A stretch of 63,910 bases of DNA, counting the filler, from Intoshia linei (lineage: Eukaryota; Animalia; Orthonectida), in the NCBI GenBank assembly GCA_001642005.1. It is 7 parts of 7 records of this genome, joined end to end, with 100 filler letters (N's around TTAATTAATTAA, not from the genome) between each part and the next. Parts side by side here need not be neighbours in the genome. Positions count along the whole stretch, not along the records: positions 1 to 10,732 come from LWCA01001248.1; positions 10,833 to 39,111 come from LWCA01000445.1; 5 more parts are not named here. The stretch is one strand, 5' to 3'. Within the stretch, counting starts at the first letter, position 1. Each line of letters begins with the position of its first letter. The notes under the pieces were generated by a model that ran no database searches, had not been told where the DNA came from, and saw only the letters and a program-made list of their open reading frames with translations. Below are positions 1-12,834 of the stretch, one piece after another. Both the position numbers and the translations under genes were made by a program.

Positions 1-1
1 A

Positions 2-43
2 CCTCCACCAGCCAAAAAGACGAAATGTAATCAGAACCAGTAA
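2..43 (+). CDS. possible 3' end of an upstream CDS (PPPAKKTKCNQNQ*)
   Basis: Short open frame at the window edge, higher GC than flanks, NLS-like PAKKTK; truncated by the window. Confidence 0.25.
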   Translation, partial: PPPAKKTKCNQNQ

Positions 44-186
44 TATGTATTTTTCAACCAACTTCTCTTAAAGCTATCAAGAAAAATGATAGTATTAGTA
101 TAAATGTATTAAAACAAAATAAATAGATTAATTTAAGTTATTAATTTATCTTATCGAGTTTCGCTTTTCGGTTTAATATTGATTTA

Positions 187-444
187 CAGTGCGGACAGTG
201 CGTTAAGATCTAAAACATATATCAAAAAAGTTAATTTATTATTATCATAATTGTTTATGGATGTAAATGACATGTCAACGATGTCAGTGACAATAAAAAT
301 GACATCATGTCATTTCTAGCATATGAAATGATGGTTACTTAAATGAAATCAATATATAATTAATACTAATATATATGATAGGTTTATTTATTGATAAATT
401 CATCTGTTTAAATGGGATCTGAAGTTCAGACTCTGAGCGCACTG
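187..444. mobile_element. degenerate Tc1/mariner-like MITE
   Basis: TA|CAGTGCG at left end, CGCACTG at right end; short imperfect TIR only. Confidence 0.35.
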
Positions 445-1784
445 TTAAATCACCCGAGATATTTTTTTCGAGCATTTGCGTTCCTTAATAATTATTATAA
501 TTGAATATTATAAAATACAGGTATGTAATATAAGATTTATTTAGATAAGATGAGAATAAGACACATTTATCATAAATTAGCATTGTAAGTAGTATTTAAA
601 TATATTTTAAAGTTGTTTATTCAGTAAAATAATATAGCAGGTTTTTAAGGGTTCCAATAAAACCCAAAAAGAAAGTTTATAGAGTTTAACGGTTAAACTC
701 TAAACTTTAACCAAAGAAAAAAGATTATTTAAGTTTATTTTAGTTATCATTATGAATTTTTATATTAAAAACTTCTTTTCTTTGGTGCAACTTCAAAAAA
801 TGTTTTTATATAAAATTTTTTGCACTACGCTGATTTCTATATTAATTTAATCATTTTGAATACTAAATACTAAAGTTGTTAGAAGTTATGAAATTTCAAA
901 ATTGTCAAACATCCTAATGTAGTTATTTCTAATTTTTCCAAAACATTATGGTAATTTAAATATATTATAGCAACTAGACAAATTTACCTTATATGGATCT
1001 GAACATAATTGACATTCACACGTAAAATAATAATGCTTTTCCAGCTCTCCATCCCAAAAATAATTAGCTGTTGTTTTGTAACATTTTGTCATCTGTAATT
1101 AATATTATGTGTTAATTTGCAGGTATCATAATTATAGGTTATAAAGAAAATAATTTCAAGTTTTTTAGTCAATATTTAAAATTTTAACTACAGTCAAGCC
1201 TTCACCGTTCCTATTTTTCATATAATTATACAGTATATAATATACATTATATATGTACTTTTATTGGCCTAGGTGCGTAAAATGACATCAATTTTCCATC
1301 AAATACTGAAACTGTATTTGGTTTACAAATGTGGTTTAATTTAGTAAGTCTAAAATTAAAGATTCAACGATAAAGTGAATTAAAAAATATACATTAGGGT
1401 ATTAACCTCGTTAACGAGAAAAAAGAATTTTTACCATATGAGTTAATTTTGTATTCTCTACAAGTACGTAAAATTTCAGACATCAATTGTTAACGTAACC
1501 CTCGCGCAAAACTAAAAGAATAGTTAGGAAATATATGAAAAAAGAGTTACAAAAAAAAAGTTCCAAATTGAGTAAAATTTCTACTATTATAAGACAGATA
1601 TTAGTGTCATACAAAGTGACAAAGATGCAGCTGAACACGATTGATAAACATATTTTTATTATCATTTTACAAAAATTTTAAATTTTTCTTAAGAAACAAA
1701 CCAGGATTTAAGTTTTTGTATAAAACAATTAAAAAAAAATACACAAATAAAATTAAAATTTGGCTAATTTTATTAAATACTTAA

Positions 1785-2220
1785 CCCTTTGACATATTGC
1801 GATGTTTTTTTATTGTAAAACAACAAATGCAAAAATGATAAAAGCGAAATGTCACTTTTTTATATGAACAATTAAAATTATATAAAAACGCCCATTAAAT
1901 TGTATTACGCACCGCATGCTTTAGTTACGTTCTATATTACTTTTATATTATTTTCATCTTATTAAAAAAATTCCCCCAAAAAATCAGTTAGAATCTGGTT
2001 AAAAAAATTATTCAAAAAACTCCTGTTAAAATTTGGTTAAAAAATTACTCAAAAAAAATGTTAGAATTTGGTTAAAAAAATTACTCAAAAACCCCTTTTT
2101 AAAGAATTAAAGTTAATGTTTAGGAAATCGAAATTGGAAATAAATATGCTGAAATTTAAAATAAAATGAGCGTGTTTTTAAATACTGTTCATATTACGAC
2201 TACACGTTCGTGTCAAAGGG
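1785..2220. mobile_element. piggyBac-type MITE
   Basis: TTAA|CCCTTTGACA ... TGTCAAAGGG|TTAA: 10-bp TIR with TTAA target duplication. Confidence 0.85.
1975..2092. repeat. ~3 imperfect tandem copies of a ~35-bp unit inside the piggyBac MITE
   Basis: GTTAGAATYTGGTTAAAAAAATTAYTCAAAA recurs at about 1987, 2025 and 2060. Confidence 0.7.
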
Positions 2221-4844
2221 TTAATTGCCTAACGCAATGTCTTTACTGACTTTATTAAAAATCGGTCATAATTTAAAAAAGATAAGGCACCCTAATAATT
2301 AGGGTTTAATGCAGTGTTTCTTAACCTTTTTAAAAAATCTAAAAATACCAACTATAATGATTGGTATGATATCTAACATCAATAATTGTCAACTATAGTT
2401 TGTTTTAATATAATATATGTTTTACAGCCTGAACCGAAGAATAATATATGAAATCGAAGTATGTTTTTAACCACATGAAACTAATCGAAGTCACTCCAGG
2501 GCTGCGGGAAAACAAGTAATGGTAGTAACTTACTCATTATATCTGAAATTAACTTTATTTCATTTTTTGAAGATTGTTGATAAAGGGCAAACGCGCAAGG
2601 GTTATTCTTGACAAAATTAAAAAAAATCTTACCATTTTGTTCAGCATAGCAAAAAACACAGATATGTAAATAAACTTTTTTTAATTGAGAATATTTGTAA
2701 AAGTTAACACTTTAATGTACATTTATAAAATATACCGGTATATATCTACATACTCTTAATATAATTTATATATACTATATATTATAATATAAAGTATTTT
2801 TAAATTTTTATTTAAAAATTTAAAACAATATATAAAGCCTACGATAGGAATATGTAGACCCTACTTCATAGGGCCATGGCCAGTATTTCTTAACTTTTTT
2901 ACTTAAGGGCGCACCTTAACTTTTGATAAGAAGAAACACACCGATATTCGAAAATATGCAAAGAAATAATAAAAGAATAGTTTTATTTGTTGATAAATTA
3001 ATTAATTAAATTAATAAAAAAATGATAAATTAAATTTAGTAATTAATATTTGATATGTGATGGAATGTTGATATTTTTGGCTTTGAATAACGGTTCAAGA
3101 CCCTAGGGCGATGGGAAACTCATTTAATACATAATGTCACATTTCAAAGATTTTAAACAGACAAGGCCGCGCTGAGTGATTAAAAAAAAGCATTTCTATA
3201 TTTTTTTGTAATTTGACGAAAATATGAAAATTTACATATAGGTAGATATTATTAATATTGTTATTATTATTCAACTTAAATAATAGGAAAAAGTTTTAAA
3301 GTTAACTATTTTATTAAAAACTGTATGCGATATCATGATAGAAGCTACATGTATATGATCTTATAATTTAAAATTTAAATTTAAATAAACTAAATTAACT
3401 AATTAACTAATCAAAATACAACATGTTAAATACAAACAAAATTAATATATTTTTGAGAATTAGTTGTAGAAATAAACGAGAAAATTTGTCCAAATAGTCA
3501 TTCATACTATTTAAATAATTGCATACATATTTGTGTACATTTTCCCAATTTTCTTTCTAAAAAAATTGTGAAAATATATAACAAAATAACAATAATTTAT
3601 GAAAACAATGCATTATAATCGAACAAATACTGCTCACTAATAAAATACATTATTTATTAAAAAATTACCGCACATTCATTACTGCAATAATACACCAATT
3701 TACAATTTTCACAGACTTGCAGAGATTTTCTAAAATTGATTTAATTTTTATTAGATTTTTCCCAATTACAGTCAAGTTCACAATGTGAACCCACTCAATA
3801 CTATTGAAAAAGAGTGTTTCAATTCTAATTTACTTAATTTATATTTTAGCCAGAGACCGGTTGAGAATATATGTGTATTTATTAATATATAATTTACACT
3901 TTAAAACATTCAGAACATACTTTCCCAATATATTCATCATTTACGATATACGCATAAGGTTCCTCACTAAATATAAACCCGCTATTATAGTGCTTTATTG
4001 CTCTAATTTTTTCATTTTCAGGTAAATTTGTCATAAACAAGATTGTTGTAAATTTTACTTTTTCAACCTTTTAATAATAATTAAAATATTATTATATAAT
4101 GAATATTATGCACGTTAAATATTTGTATCATATTATTAGATTACTGTAAGATGATTCGTATTGTTTCTGACTATTAAATCGTTAAGTGTATCATGCATAA
4201 TATACTGTAGTATATTGTAAATTAAAATTAATGACTTGATCTTTAATATATCATATATCTTATTAAAATTTCAAATGTAATGCAGTCAATTATAATGTAC
4301 ATAATACATTATATCTTGTTAATTTTATTTTGTATTAGATTGATTGTTATGTACTTTGTACAAAAATCTAGCTCTGCCGAGAGCGAACTTTTTTAATTCT
4401 ACCAAAAAAATAAATTAAATTATAAAATCTTACTTAAAATTGCTATATTCACTATTATCAACCCTAAAGATTAATCAAAAAAAGGTAATATGAAGTTTTG
4501 ATATTGAAAATTCACTTTTTTGAGTTTGCGATTTATGATATTGATTATTATTTTAAAAACTGAGTTTTAAAAAAAAAATTTACTGCGTATTTATTTTGTA
4601 AAACTAAGTACTTAGTACCTACTGAGTTTCTAAAAAAAATAAGTTTACATAATATAAACTGTAAGTATTTTTTTTCGAATTTTAGGAAAAGTAATTTAAA
4701 AAATTCAAAACATAAAATTAATTAAATTTGTAAAATGCTACAAAATAAATAAATATAAAACAGTAACTAAATATAAATAATAATACGAGTTTTACTGTTT
4801 CTCAATTATCTTAGCAATAAATAATATAAAATCTATTTATTACA

Positions 4845-7634
4845 ATGTCGGATTCCTTTTATTGCTCTCAGCAAATAAATATACCACCAGATTTACCAAA
4901 TATATTAAAATCTTACACTAAAGCAGCAGTACGAACTCAACCCAAAGATGTCATCAAGTGGAGTGCGGCGTAATTTTAAATTTTCATTAGTCATTGTACC
5001 CTTTAAATTAGATATTTTCGTGCATTAGCTAACGGTGATGTTGCCCCAACGAAATCACGTCTGGAGCTACCTATATGCACACAAAAAACGGATAGTGGGT
5101 TGACTCCAGGTTTACTCTACTTATTGCATAAACAGGTAAATTGATTTGATTTATCTACAGTACCGGAAAAAAGTCTTGAGCCACCAATGAATGTTTTAGA
5201 ATTTGATGAATAACTCAAAAATTAGTGAACTAATGTTAGAAATTTAAAAAATATTGATTAACAAATAAACTATCCATTATGCAACTCCCATTATCCCATT
5301 ATCTGTAGTTGCTTACAATATCATTGTTTCTGTAGTTAAAAATTATTATTCAATATTTTATCGATCAAAAGTTTTGAGACACCTACAAATTTTGTGATAA
5401 ATAAACTTGTATATATTTGAAATCATAAATTTAGTATTTTTAAAATTAACATAATATTATTTATAAGGTTTATAATACATTAATAACATTTTATTCTTGT
5501 TATTTTAATAATAGCACAAATACCTCTCGAAAAAAGAAAAAATATAATTAACCTCCATTAAAAATAAATTTCTCAACGTAAAATTGCTATAGACTGCGGG
5601 GTTTCAAGGAGATCAGTTCAGGGAACCATTGATAAATTCAAGAATGAAAAATCTGCCATAGATATGCCCCGATCAGGACGTCCACCCATGTTATCGGTAA
5701 GAAATGAACGCCATTTATGCAAAGAGTCTCGTATATTCCCCGGTAAAAGTACGAAAAATGTGAAAAGAGACTCACTGGGATCTTCAGTTAGCATGTCTAC
5801 TGAAACAGTAAGGTGATATATTAGAAATAATGATCTATGGGGAAGAATATCAGCCAAAAAGCCATTACTATCTAAACCTAACATAAAAAGGAGATTGTTA
5901 TGGTGTCAATCTCACCTAAAATGGAGCAAATTAGATTGGAATAAGGTGTTATTTTCGGATGATAGTAAAATACAACTATTATCTACTACCAAGTCATATG
6001 TTAGAAGGCCAAAAGGAAAAAGATTCAATTCAAAATACACAACTAATACTACAAAATATTCACTATCAATAATGGTATTGGGTGTCATTCGATACGATGG
6101 TAGGTGCATTCTTGTGAGATGTAATGGTAATGTTGATTCAAATGAGTACATTAGGATTTTATCTAACATGACGTCTAGCTTTTACCCCAGAAGATTATTT
6201 TTTCAACAGAATAACGCGCCTTGCCATAAATCTATAAAAAGTATGGAATACTTATCTTCTAGGCGAATTAAATTACTTGAAAACTGGCCACCACAGAGTC
6301 CTAATATTAATATCATTGAAAATATGTGACATACATTGAAAGAAAATGTCAAACTTCGTCAACCAAAAAATGTCGAAGAATTATGGGCGGTAACGCTGGA
6401 GGAATGGAATAAAATACCTAATTGTTACGTATTAAAACTTTATAAGAGTATAGAAAGATGAATCAAGGCGATTGTATTGTACAAAGCACATCACACGAAA
6501 TATTAAATATATACTTTTTTTCAAAAAGTGTCTAGTAATTAATTATAATTAACGTAAATTAAAAAATTACCCAAATAATTATAACATTTAAAGGGGGCTC
6601 AAAACTTTTGTGTCTAAAAATATTTCCAATAATTTTTTAAATTAAAATTAATATAATTACTAATTGTTATTCTATTACACGATTCAGCATAATATCAAAT
6701 ATATTCACCTATATTATGTTCTTTAAAATTTAGAAATGGAATTACTAGTTTCTGTGATATAGATCAAAATATATTATTGCGTAGGGGGGCTCAAGACTTT
6801 TTTCCGGTACTGTACATTGCATATTCTGTAAAGCAATTTTAATGTAAAAAATTTAGTTTCGAGATAAACAGTACAGTACAAAAGTATGCATACAAACAAA
6901 ATGGTTAGATATAAGCTTACCGATGGAACTACTCAATGAAATTTTTCTATTGGGTCATTTTGGAGATGATCAAATTGAATGGAATCATTTTCTAGTTGTA
7001 ACCACTCTTTTTATAAGGGACAATATCACTTCCTCGTTGCAATTGGCATGTGAATTACTCTCTAGTGATCCTACTGGGTCGGAATGTCACATTTTATTCG
7101 CATTGTTTGTTGATATATACACTTTTGTAGCACAAATTGATGATGATATTACGTTTGAGACCATTGAAACCGCTATTGAATATTTAAAGAATGATGCGTA
7201 ATTTTAAAATTTATATACATTTTAGTGTAGAGCAGGGGTCGGCAACCTGTGGCCCACAGAATAATTTTCGTGGCCATTTGAGTAAATATGTAAATTATTT
7301 ATTTTTAAAATTTTTAACTTTTAAACATTTTTCTGCCATAATTGGCTCTTTTTAATCATTTTAACTCTGAATTTTCAGATCGCCCTCGATATTATTTTTT
7401 TAAATATACAAGAATCGTTTCTAGTTAAAATTTAAATTTATCATGTGTAAATTTTCAAAAACGGGGCCCGTAGAATATTTTGATACAAAAAGTGACCCAT
7501 GAGAAGCAAAAGGTTGCCGACCCCTTATGTAGTGCATGCAAAATATGTAGTATAAATCAATATTTAGAAAAAAACAAAACGATCAAATTCATCCTGGAAA
7601 TTTTTTTCATAAAGACTGTCCTCCTCTCAAATAA
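4845..7634 (+). CDS. ROPN1L: Ropporin-1-like / AKAP-associated RIIa-domain protein (radial spoke RSP11 homolog); exons 4845-4969, 5012-5135, 6857-7197, 7568-7634
   Basis: Spliced translation MSDSFYCSQQINIPPDLPNILKSYTKAAVRTQPKDVIKWSAAYFRALANGD...TQKTDSGLTPGLLYLLHKQ...KQNDQIHPGNFFHKDCPPLK* matches the ROPN1L RIIa domain; GT-AG junctions keep frame. Confidence 0.92.
5158..6812 (+). mobile_element. Tc1-family DNA transposon (IR/DR type) in ROPN1L intron 2
   Basis: Perfect 25-bp TIR CAGTACCGGAAAAAAGTCTTGAGCC (5158-5182 / 6788-6812), TA duplication on both sides, central transposase relic. Confidence 0.95.
5511..6506 (+). pseudogene. inactivated Tc1 DD34E transposase
   Basis: RSGRPP, KKPLLS, WNKVLFSDDSK, FQQNNAPCH, WPPQSPNINIIENM, HTKY*; start codon is ATA, several in-frame stops, second catalytic D changed to N. 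Confidence 0.93.
7233..7526. mobile_element. hAT (Charlie/Buster-like) MITE in ROPN1L intron 3
   Basis: TIR CAGGGGTCGGCAACCT / AGGTTGCCGACCCCT; 8-bp TSD GTGTAGAG/ATGTAGTG; sister copy at 12430-12684. Confidence 0.85.
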
Positions 7635-7809
7635 AGATTAGCACGTGCTAATCTTTATAAAACTTTAATTTAATTAAATCCTAAAAAACAGTATTGTTTT
7701 TGTTTTATTTAAAATAAATTCAAATTGGCATTAATATTACCAGATTTAACTATTCCGTCATTCTAAAATGGATTATGAATCTAATTCCTTAAAACTAATA
7801 TGAAATATG

Positions 7810-8470
7810 AAAAATATTGGTTGATAATATATTAAAACTTATTTTTCACCGGGAATGCGTAGATTTCTGGGGTTGAAATTTTGTATTTATATCAACTGGA
7901 ATAAGCTCTATCAGAATAATTTTTTTTTTAATTTTTGGACAGTTAATTATTTCACATTTTTTGTTTTAATAAAATATTTCGAAAAAAAAATATATGAATA
8001 CTAAAATGAGTTTTTGACCGTGAAGGCGTCACTCATTCAGATTGAAATTTTTTGTGTGTTAACAGGATACGACTGTAATATTTTTTAAATTCTAGGGCTG
8101 TTTTCATTAAAAAAAAATGGTAATTTAGAGTTTTAACCCTGAAGATATATTTTTTTAAGTTTAAATTAATGATAATATTTATGATTTTAAAATCCGTATC
8201 AGTGTATATATTTTTTTAAATTCTCCAACTCGTTTGATTTTCAAAAAAATGACAATTGGGATTTTTGACCCATAAGATGTGAGTTTGGGAGGTTAAAATT
8301 TATTTTGCTGACACCCCGGAAAAAACTGTAATTGAAATGTGGACTTTATAATATTCTAAGACTGGTAGTTATTGAAATAACCGGGCACATACACACACAA
8401 ACAAATATTGCGTAGCATATTATGATATAAGTAATTAGTAAGTATATAATTATAATTATATAAATAAGGA
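7810..8470 (-). mobile_element. non-autonomous Helitron family copy
   Basis: Reverse-complement match to 19405-20020 and 53572-54383 (CGGGAATGCGTAGATTTCTGGGGTTG, CCCCGGAAAAAACTGTAATTGAAATGTGGAC, CGTAGCATATTAT). Confidence 0.75.
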
Positions 8471-8507
8471 TGTAACAATAAAACTGATATGAGAAATAAA
8501 ATTTTAT

Positions 8508-10550
8508 TTATAATAATTTCATTAAATTAATTACATCGCTTAATGTATACAGGTCCACATTTTGCAATTTATCTTTAATGTTTTTATATTGGGATAATTT
8601 TTCAATTTGGTTTTGAAGATTTTTTATTAAATCATTTTTATCATTTAATAGGTTTTGTTTATCTGACAACTAATAATGCATATTTTATTCATAATAATAA
8701 ATAATCTTATAATGATATAACCATAGCTTTTAATAATTGCGTATAGGGATTGGTAGTATTGATTCGGTACATGTAAAAATGTAAAAAATTTGATTTTAAT
8801 TAATTATCGACAGAAATATCCACCCTACCAGTTAGAAACAAGTAGGTTACATCAAAAAAATTATATTCTAATCTTGATTGGTACGTTAGTATTATATCAC
8901 TTCAGAAAATAATATGATAATAGTGATTAAAGTAACCTGTTCTTCAACATTTTCAATCTGTTTGGATAGAGTGGTAATGTGATTTTTTTGATTTTCTATA
9001 CATTTTTTTTCACAACTCAATTGGGAAATAATGTCTGTATTCATTTTTTCGTATTTAATACAATCGGTTTTAATTTTTCGGTTAATATCACGTTCCTAAT
9101 TTACATATGCATAATAATTTCATCATGTAAATTTTACCGTTTTTAAAATTTCACTATTTTCAAAAAGTCCATTTTTATGTTGAGCATTTTCAATTCGTAA
9201 CATTTCATTTTTCGCTGATAGCTGTGTAATTATAGCCTTGTCTTTATCAGTTTTTTGAATTAAATCTAAATTGACCAATTCTAATTCAGACAATCGATTC
9301 TAAAGTAAATTTTTAAAAAAATTTAATTTATATTACTCTATATTGCTCAGCAATTTTTTCGTGTAAAGTTTGCGACATGTTTTCATTTTCATAGTTCTTA
9401 ATGTCCATTTCTTGGGTTTTTTCCAATAAATTATTAGACATGTCATCTTTTTCCATTTGAATTTCATTAATTCTCATTTTGAGACTATCAATCTAATGAA
9501 TTTAATTACACAAAAACACTTTTTTATATAATAAACATCTTTTTCTGATTCTCGAGAATTATTTTGAAGAATATCAATCTTAACTTCCAATTCCTTATTT
9601 ACCAATAACAGTTTTCGGTAGTGATTTTTTTCTATATAAAGATTTTCTTCTAAATTTTTGATATTCTTTTTTAAGTTGACAAGTTCTGATATATGGTTCG
9701 ACTCATTGTGATGGTGTCGATCTGTAAATTATCATTAGTAAAGTAAGGCATTAAAATCATTATAAAATATTTATAACCAATAATTACATTGCATTCAATA
9801 CAATGTATTATATAGTATGTATTGAAATGTAAAATAAGTGTGAAAGCTGAGACTGGAATCACGTATGAGTTATCAGCTGATTCAGTAAGGTGACAATTTG
9901 AGGTTTAAAAATGTGTTGCCAACATATAAACAATGCAATGCAAAGGTTCAGAAAGTGAGAAATTTACCAATATTTGGTATAAGTTTTAAAACATATGTGT
10001 TTAAAAAAGAAATGCTTCAAAATAAGAAAATTTGCGAGTTTTTATTATTTTAGTTGTTTAAATTAATGTGTAACAAGATATTAACCATGATGAAAAATGT
10101 TTGTTGATCCGTGTAATTTACGTTTCGGATAGAATATCTATACCATGTTTGAATTGTGACACTACTATAAAATATGGTTAACCAGGTTGGTGAGACCAGT
10201 AGTATGCCTGGTAAAATTTCCTTATCCACGCTCTAAGCATCCACAGCGAGGAACGTATAGTTATAAATAATGTTAGACTTTGCAAATATTGATATAGATA
10301 TAAAAATATACCTTCCATCTCAATTTCGATATGCTTTTTGTAAGTAGAATCAGATTCCATTAGATTGATTCTGGATTGGAGTTGTGCAATTTTTAAGTCC
10401 ATATTTTTTATTATTTCGTCCTTTTCCTAATAAATATTTTTAAATTATTATGTTTTTTATAATTGAAATACCTGAAGTAAAAGTAACATATTACTTGCTT
10501 CTTCAATCACCTTCGGTTTATATTCATTAACTTTAAGAGATTGGGTACGC
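8508..10550 (-). CDS. multi-exon coiled-coil protein, unidentified, 5' truncated at scaffold end
   Basis: About 7 GT-AG exons (approx. 10472-10550, 10312-10427, 9537-9649, 9338-9493, 9138-9299, 8937-9095, 8508-8670); junctions checked keep frame; heptad-rich E/K/L/I/Q sequence such as EKDEIIKNMDLKIAQLQSRINLMESD. Confidence 0.75.
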
Positions 10551-10591
10551 CTAAAAATACATTTAAAATCATTTCACAATTTTTAATTTAA

Positions 10592-10732
10592 CCCGAATAC
10601 TCCCAGTGTGTACCATATGGTACCATATGTGTACCATATGGTATCACAACATTACAATTATAAAAACACGTATCAAAATGAAAAAAAGTTAATTAAATAT
10701 GAAAAATTAAATTAATTAGTATATTATATAAC
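10592..10732 (+). mobile_element. piggyBac-type element end, truncated by linker
   Basis: TTAA|CCCGAATACTCCCAGTGT with palindromic GTACCATATGGTAC repeats; same end in reverse at 39212-39313. Confidence 0.7.
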
Positions 10733-10832
10733 NNNNNNNNNNNNNNNNNNNNNNNNNNNNNNNNNNNNNNNNNNNNTTAATTAATTAANNNNNNNNNNNN
10801 NNNNNNNNNNNNNNNNNNNNNNNNNNNNNNNN
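10733..10832. other. artificial scaffold-joining linker (also at 39112-39211, 43078-43177, 54384-54483, 58120-58219, 62575-62674)
   Basis: Identical 100-bp structure six times: N-run, TTAATTAATTAA (stops in all six frames), N-run. Confidence 0.97.
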
Positions 10833-11090
10833 ACAGTAAATATTCGTAAAGATATAATGATTTATAATAAAGTTACAATAAAAACAACATTACTTATGAA
10901 ACGACTTAATATGAAAGACAATATGTTATTATTAGATAAATATTTATGTACAATTATAAAAGTTACCAAATACTTTTTTTCTTAAAATTTTTATTTCCTA
11001 TTATTACGCATTTGGTGATAATTTTATTTTTTATGGTGTTTGTAAATATGATAGAAAGTTTGTCAAAGATTATTCCGTAATAAATTAGAT

Positions 11091-11457
11091 CAGGGTGGTC
11101 AAAACACATGGCGAATGAGGGTCAAAATATAGTCCAAAGGCAAGTATAACTAAAAAAGTCAAAATTTCACAGATTAATCGGAAAATTACTACGAGTATCA
11201 TGATATGAATATTACGCCAATTAAAATTATAATTCGTATTTTATAAAGTCATAATAGTACAAAAGAATTATCATCGTAATCGTAATGTACAAAAAGTAAG
11301 AAATTGAGAATAATTAGTACAGGAAGACAGAATTATTTCTAAAAATATTAAATTAATGCTAGATAATATGGAATTTATGATATTTCTGTAAATCAATGCT
11401 TTTTAAAATAAATTACTAAACAATTTAATCTGGCAGGTCACGTTTTGGACCACCCTG
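11091..11457. mobile_element. hAT MITE
   Basis: CAGGGTGGTCAAAAC ... GTTTTGGACCACCCTG; TSD AATTAGAT/CATTATAT (6/8). Confidence 0.75.
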
Positions 11458-12429
11458 CATTATATTAAACCATTTTTTCTATATTGTTTTGATTCAAGAT
11501 TTAAGTACAGTCAAAAGACAAAGCTTAAAGGCTTTCCTACAAAATTAAATATGAAATTTTCACGCAACAGGTATTGATGCCATTACACTAATATATGAAA
11601 ATTATAACAATTAATAATCATTAGCAAATAAACAAATTTAGTGCGCTTTCAATTTAACATGATTAATGCATACATAAGTTGTGTAGTTAAAAGTTTAGAA
11701 TGACCTTTTTAATTTTAATAAATACAAAATATACTAGTTAATTAAACATTTCATTAATGTAATATAATTTAAATGTATAGTATTCTGTTAGCCCATTACT
11801 ATAATAAAATGGATATTTCGACTTAACTAAAAGATTGCATTAAATGAGACATTTTTGTTATGGGAGGAAATTTAATCAAATTGAGTATATACCATTTTAT
11901 GCCAGGTCGTCTTAATCTTTCGTCACGCGCGGTCCATATCAAAATACCGTACCATTAGCATAAATTTGTATATACAATTTTACAGTGAGGATTTTGACAT
12001 TTGGATCAAAGTGCATTAGAAAAAACAATTATAATTATACAAATATGTATATATTTTGAAAAATAATAATAACTCATATTTTTTGTTGTTTCCAACTGAA
12101 AAGTTGTATTTTTGAGCGTGAAATATGATAGAGCATCCCTGATTTAATATATTTTTATCGTTGATAATATTTTATACGATTAAATATAACGATAAATATC
12201 GTTAGTAATAATTATTTTTTTTATATTTTGAGAAAATATGCCATCCTAACTTTTAAATTACCCGATAAAAATGTCTAATTTTTTGAGTAGTAATGTTTTA
12301 TATATCTTTCATTATACACATTTTGTACATATAATAGCATATAACACAATAGAATTCTACGATTGTTAGTTTTCGAAGAAACAAAAGAAGACAATATAGT
12401 GACAAATGTATGTAGGATAAAACTTGATT

Positions 12430-12684
12430 CAGGGGTCGGCAACCTAATGCGTCTCGTGGGTTACTTTTTATTTATAATAAAATTTTACGGGCCCCGTTTT
12501 TGAATATTTCAATTATAACTGAAGAGAAACGGTTATAGCATATTACACAAAATAATATCCAAGATCTGAAAATTCAGAGTTAAAATGAGCCAATTATGGT
12601 AGAAAAGTTGAAAAATAAATAATTTACATATATACTTAAAGGGCCATCAAAATTATTCTGTGGGCCACTGGTTGCCGACCCCTG
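12430..12684. mobile_element. hAT MITE, same family as 7233-7526 in opposite orientation
   Basis: CAGGGGTCGGCAACC ... GGTTGCCGACCCCTG; shared internal sequence in reverse complement. Confidence 0.85.
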
Positions 12685-12834
12685 AGTTATACGAATTGCA
12701 TAAATGTTGCCATTTGACAACTTCGCTGTTTTAACGGCATCATATATGTATAAAGCTGTTTTTAATTTAATACGAAGTATATTTTAGTCTAATTTCAGAA
12801 TTTTTCGAATATGGGGAAGTAAAATAGTCTAAAC

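Noticed and set aside
1483-4025. ORFs 1483-1665 and 3804-4025, and similar ones at 9671, 17290, 19646, 21523, 22299, 31844, 58409, 59248
   Set aside because: I/L/F/K-biased translations of AT-rich or repeat DNA, with no motifs or splice support.
9690-9705. GGTTCGA T-loop-like motifs (also near 40607 and 52769)
   Set aside because: No cloverleaf stems or A-box nearby; no tRNA called.
10733-10832. Recurrent TTAATTAATTAA palindrome inside N-runs
   Set aside because: Artificial six-frame-stop linker between scaffolds; not biological.
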